64,000 nucleotides of DNA from Spirochaetia bacterium (GTDB lineage: Bacteria > Spirochaetota > Spirochaetia > WTKD01 > G963693115), in the NCBI GenBank assembly GCA_965226055.1, contig CBDDCA010000005.1, forward strand, positions 64,001 through 128,000, in the 5' to 3' direction. The stretch's first letter is position 1. Each line of letters starts with the position of its first letter. The notes beneath the pieces were generated by a model. The model was not told the DNA's origin. It saw only the letters and a program-made list of their open reading frames with translations, and did no database searches. Below, piece after piece: positions 60,805-64,000 of this stretch. The translations under genes were made by a program, and so were the position numbers.

Positions 60805-60832
60805 TACAGTAAACTATAGAAGGAGCGTTACA

Positions 60833-61444
60833 ATGAGTAAAATATTACATGTTAAGGGATATGGAATAGTAGTACGAGGAAATGATATTGATACTGACCA
60901 AATTATTCCTGCCCGATTTTTGAAAGCAATAACCTTTACAGGAATTGAAAAATATGCATTTTATGATCTACGATATAATGAAGATGGGAGCAAAAAAGAT
61001 CATCCCTTTAATGATGAAAAATATGCAAAAAGCAATATTATGATAGTGAACAATAACTTTGGTTGTGGTTCATCACGAGAACATGCCCCTCAAACATTAC
61101 AAAGGCATGGCATAGACGCTATTATTGGAGAATCATTTGCCGAAATCTTTGCTGGTAACTGTACCGCTCTTGGCGTTCCAATACTCATTCTTAGCCGAAA
61201 AGAAATACATGAAATCCAAGATATGATAGAAAATGATCCGTCTATTCCTATAGAGATTAGCATAGACAAGGCACACATTACTATTGGAAAAACGGTATAT
61301 ACTTCTTCTATAAAAAAGGAAATACAAACAACATTCTTACAAGGCACATGGGATAACACTACACTCATGCTATCATTCAATGAAAAAATTGAAGAAACAT
61401 ATAATCGTCTTCCTTATATTCAACATTTTAAGGGGTATAAATAG
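60833..61444 (+). CDS. leuD: 3-isopropylmalate dehydratase small subunit
   Basis: [31 protein letters not shown]. Confidence 0.96.
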   Translation: MSKILHVKGYGIVVRGNDIDTDQIIPARFLKAITFTGIEKYAFYDLRYNEDGSKKDHPFNDEKYAKSNIMIVNNNFGCGSSREHAPQTLQRHGIDAIIGESFAEIFAGNCTALGVPILILSRKEIHEIQDMIENDPSIPIEISIDKAHITIGKTVYTSSIKKEIQTTFLQGTWDNTTLMLSFNEKIEETYNRLPYIQHFKGYK

Positions 61445-61452
61445 GTATACAT

Positions 61453-63141
61453 ATGGCAGAGATGACAGGAAAAAATTCTTATAGTAAAACAATGACAGAA
61501 GGAGTAGCAAGAACTCCTAATCGTGCTATGCTTCGTGCTATTGGCATGAAAGATGAAGATTTTAAGAAGCCTCTTGTGGGTATTGCAAGCGCTGGAAGTG
61601 AAGTGAGTCCTTGTAATTTTCACCTTAATGCTATATCTGAAATATCAAAAGAAACACTAAAAACATTAGGGAGCTACCCTATGCTCTTTAATACTTTTGT
61701 GGTAACTGATGGTGAAGCTATGGGACACGAAGGAATGAAAGCGTCTCTTGTTTCACGAGATACTATTGCGGACGTTATAGAGCTTGTAGTGTACGGTCAT
61801 CAAATGGATGCTGTATTAGGCGTTGGAGGATGTGATAAAACTATTCCTGGCACAGTTATGGGCATAGCTCGTATGAACAGACCTTCTGTATTTGTATACG
61901 GAGGCACTATTCGTGCTGGCATATGGCATGGCAAAAAACTCGACATTGTTTCTGCCTTTGAAGCGGTAGGAGCGTACAGTGCAGGAAAAATTACCGAAGA
62001 AGAGCGTTACGAAATAGAATGCCATGCATGTCCTGCTGCAGGTGCTTGTGGAGGAATGTACACTGCCAATACTATGGCTTCTGCTATGGAAGCAATAGGC
62101 ATAAGCATTACAGGAAGTGCCTCAGTGCCTGCAATAAGTGATGAAAGAACACATATTATGCAAGCATCTGCTGAAGCCCTTGCCATTTGTATAGAAAAAA
62201 ATATTACCCCTAACAAAATTTTAACACGAAAAGCATTTGAAAATGCTATACGTACCACAATGGCATTAGGAGGATCTACAAACGCAGTACTGCATTTACT
62301 AGCTATTGCAAACGAAATGCAAATATGCCTTGATATTGATGATTTCAATACTTTTTATGATAGCACTCCTATACTTACTAATATGAAACCAGCAGGCAAG
62401 TATGTCATGGAAGATCTCCACAGCATTGGTGGTGTACCTATCGTTATGAAAATGCTTCTTGACAAAGGGTTGCTTCATGGTGATTGTCTCACGGTAAATG
62501 GAAAAACTATTGAAGAGAATTTAAGCTCTGTCACTGTTCCTCCAGTACAAGAAGATGGGGTAGTAACATCATTTAAGAAACCTGAACGAACAAAAGGCCC
62601 TATTGCTGTATTAAAAGGCAATCTTGCTCCTGAAGGAGCAGTACTAAAAATGTGTGGGTCTCACTCAGAAATTGATCATAATGGTCCTGCGAGAGTATTT
62701 GACAGTGAAGAAACTGCATTAGATGCAATATTGAACAATCGTATTACTAAAGGAGATGTTGTAGTCATACGCTACGAAGGACCAAAAGGTGGGCCGGGCA
62801 TGAGAGAAATGCTATCTCCTACTGCTGCAATAGCAGGGGCAGGTCTCCAAAAAGATGTAGCACTCATTACTGATGGTCGTTTTTCTGGAGGGAGTCATGG
62901 CATAGTAGTAGGCCATATTGCTCCTGAAGCTCAAAGCGGAGGTGTTATTGCACTGCTTAAAGATGGAGATATTATTCGTATTCAGTCATCAAATAAAACT
63001 ATAAGCGTAGATATCTCAGAAGAAGAACTCACACAAAGAAGAAGCAATTTGCAAACTCCAAAAGAACGCTTTACAAAAGGAGTTTTTAAGAAATACTATA
63101 ATTCGGTACAATCAGCAAGTAAAGGAGCTATCACAAGCTAG
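61453..63141 (+). CDS. ilvD: dihydroxy-acid dehydratase
   Basis: [46 protein letters not shown]. Confidence 0.96.
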   Translation: MAEMTGKNSYSKTMTEGVARTPNRAMLRAIGMKDEDFKKPLVGIASAGSEVSPCNFHLNAISEISKETLKTLGSYPMLFNTFVVTDGEAMGHEGMKASLVSRDTIADVIELVVYGHQMDAVLGVGGCDKTIPGTVMGIARMNRPSVFVYGGTIRAGIWHGKKLDIVSAFEAVGAYSAGKITEEERYEIECHACPAAGACGGMYTANTMASAMEAIGISITGSASVPAISDERTHIMQASAEALAICIEKNITPNKILTRKAFENAIRTTMALGGSTNAVLHLLAIANEMQICLDIDDFNTFYDSTPILTNMKPAGKYVMEDLHSIGGVPIVMKMLLDKGLLHGDCLTVNGKTIEENLSSVTVPPVQEDGVVTSFKKPERTKGPIAVLKGNLAPEGAVLKMCGSHSEIDHNGPARVFDSEETALDAILNNRITKGDVVVIRYEGPKGGPGMREMLSPTAAIAGAGLQKDVALITDGRFSGGSHGIVVGHIAPEAQSGGVIALLKDGDIIRIQSSNKTISVDISEEELTQRRSNLQTPKERFTKGVFKKYYNSVQSASKGAITS

Positions 63142-63202
63142 CTCCTTCTTAAAAAAAAAGTTATTGTTCCTTTTTTATTTTTACATTTACTTCTCTTACT
63201 AC

Positions 63203-63907
63203 TTATACAGAAACAGTAGTACATAGTGTACACTGTGGATGTGTATGTATAACATGAGCTGCAGGATACAGTACTGTGGTATTGGGATCAAGCACATTTT
63301 TTATCATCTCACGTTTATCTTCTCCAGGTACATAAAAAAACGCGTGCTGAAATGCAGAAAGAGCATGAAAAGTAAGCGATACTCTTACATAGCCTACATG
63401 TGCGGTATCGCTCATAAAGACATAGTGTGATGAAGAAGGTGATACATGTTCTTTTGTTTGAGGAAAGATAGATGCAGTGTGACCATCCCCTCCCATCCCA
63501 AGTAACGCTATTGCTGCAACATATTGTTGCGGAGCATCTAATAATGATACCATAGTATGTTGATACTGCTCTGCAGCATCCGATGCTTGTACTGGAATAG
63601 GAAAAAAAGTAGCTCCATAAGACAGCAATCTTTCACAGCTCTGTTGGATCATGTTTTGGTTGCTATCTTTATGAGTAGGAGATACAACCCTATCATCCAC
63701 TTGTACTAACACAAGACGTTCTGCAAAAGAAATAACAGTATCGTTATGCGATAATGCTGTAAGTAATTTTTTAGGACTATTTCCTCCTGACAGAGCAATG
63801 AGCAATTTTTTATCAGTATGCTTGTCTGCTATTACCTGTAACAGCGTAGCAATGGTATCACTACAACGAGTGTCTACTGTTTGACTATCATATGTTAAGC
63901 GTTCCAT
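63203..63907 (-). CDS. pgl: 6-phosphogluconolactonase
   Basis: LSGGNSP, VDDRVV...DSN, LGMGGDGHTASIFP, RVSLT. Confidence 0.9.
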   Translation of the reverse strand: MERLTYDSQTVDTRCSDTIATLLQVIADKHTDKKLLIALSGGNSPKKLLTALSHNDTVISFAERLVLVQVDDRVVSPTHKDSNQNMIQQSCERLLSYGATFFPIPVQASDAAEQYQHTMVSLLDAPQQYVAAIALLGMGGDGHTASIFPQTKEHVSPSSSHYVFMSDTAHVGYVRVSLTFHALSAFQHAFFYVPGEDKREMIKNVLDPNTTVLYPAAHVIHTHPQCTLCTTVSV

Positions 63908-63999
63908 TGTCGTTTATCCTTTTCAAGCAACTGCAATGCTTCAACAGGTCCTGCAGAGCCTGTAGTATAGGTATATAAAGGAATTTTTCGTCTTGATTT
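63895..63999 (-). CDS. zwf: glucose-6-phosphate dehydrogenase, C-terminal end only
   Basis: Hand translation ...PLYTYTTGSAGPVEALQLLEKDKRQWNA* matches the G6PD C-terminal Y..GS.GP..A...W pattern. Overlaps the pgl start. Confidence 0.75.
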   Translation of the reverse strand, partial: KSRRKIPLYTYTTGSAGPVEALQLLEKDKRQWNA

Positions 64000-64000
64000 T

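Overview
AT-rich bacterial chromosome segment that looks like a spirochaete. Support for this: Treponema/Borrelia-like gene content and order (nadK with a DegT-like gene, troABCD, cmk-murC, ompA-infA-VWA/VWA/DUF58/moxR) and spirochaete-style lipoprotein signals. The backbone is housekeeping genes: nadK, troABCD, comF, dtd, rpe, adk, cmk, murC, cyaB-like, gpmA, sufU/sufS, sodA, alr, dacA, ompA, infA, a MoxR/VWA operon, tctCBA plus an amidohydrolase, leuCD-ilvD, pgl, zwf, and three tRNAs (Ile, Lys, Glu). About a third of the window encodes four paralogous giant surface lipoproteins (about 1100-2560 aa) with an Fn3/Ig-like stalk and a C-terminal DUF285 repeat head. The family appears phase-variable. 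Two copies carry poly-G tracts inside the signal-peptide coding region: G13 is in frame (ON) and G15 is out of frame (OFF). A third copy has an interrupted tract at the same place. The largest copy has a consensus promoter with an adjacent 14-nt homopolymer and 8 mosaic stalk repeats. Other points: both Tro permeases are fused to DtxR-like repressor domains; there is an IS30 relic beside the tRNA pair, an orphan DUF4325 STAS cassette, several apparently leaderless genes, and a non-coding TATAACAT repeat/palindrome cluster. All calls were made by eye, with no database searches.
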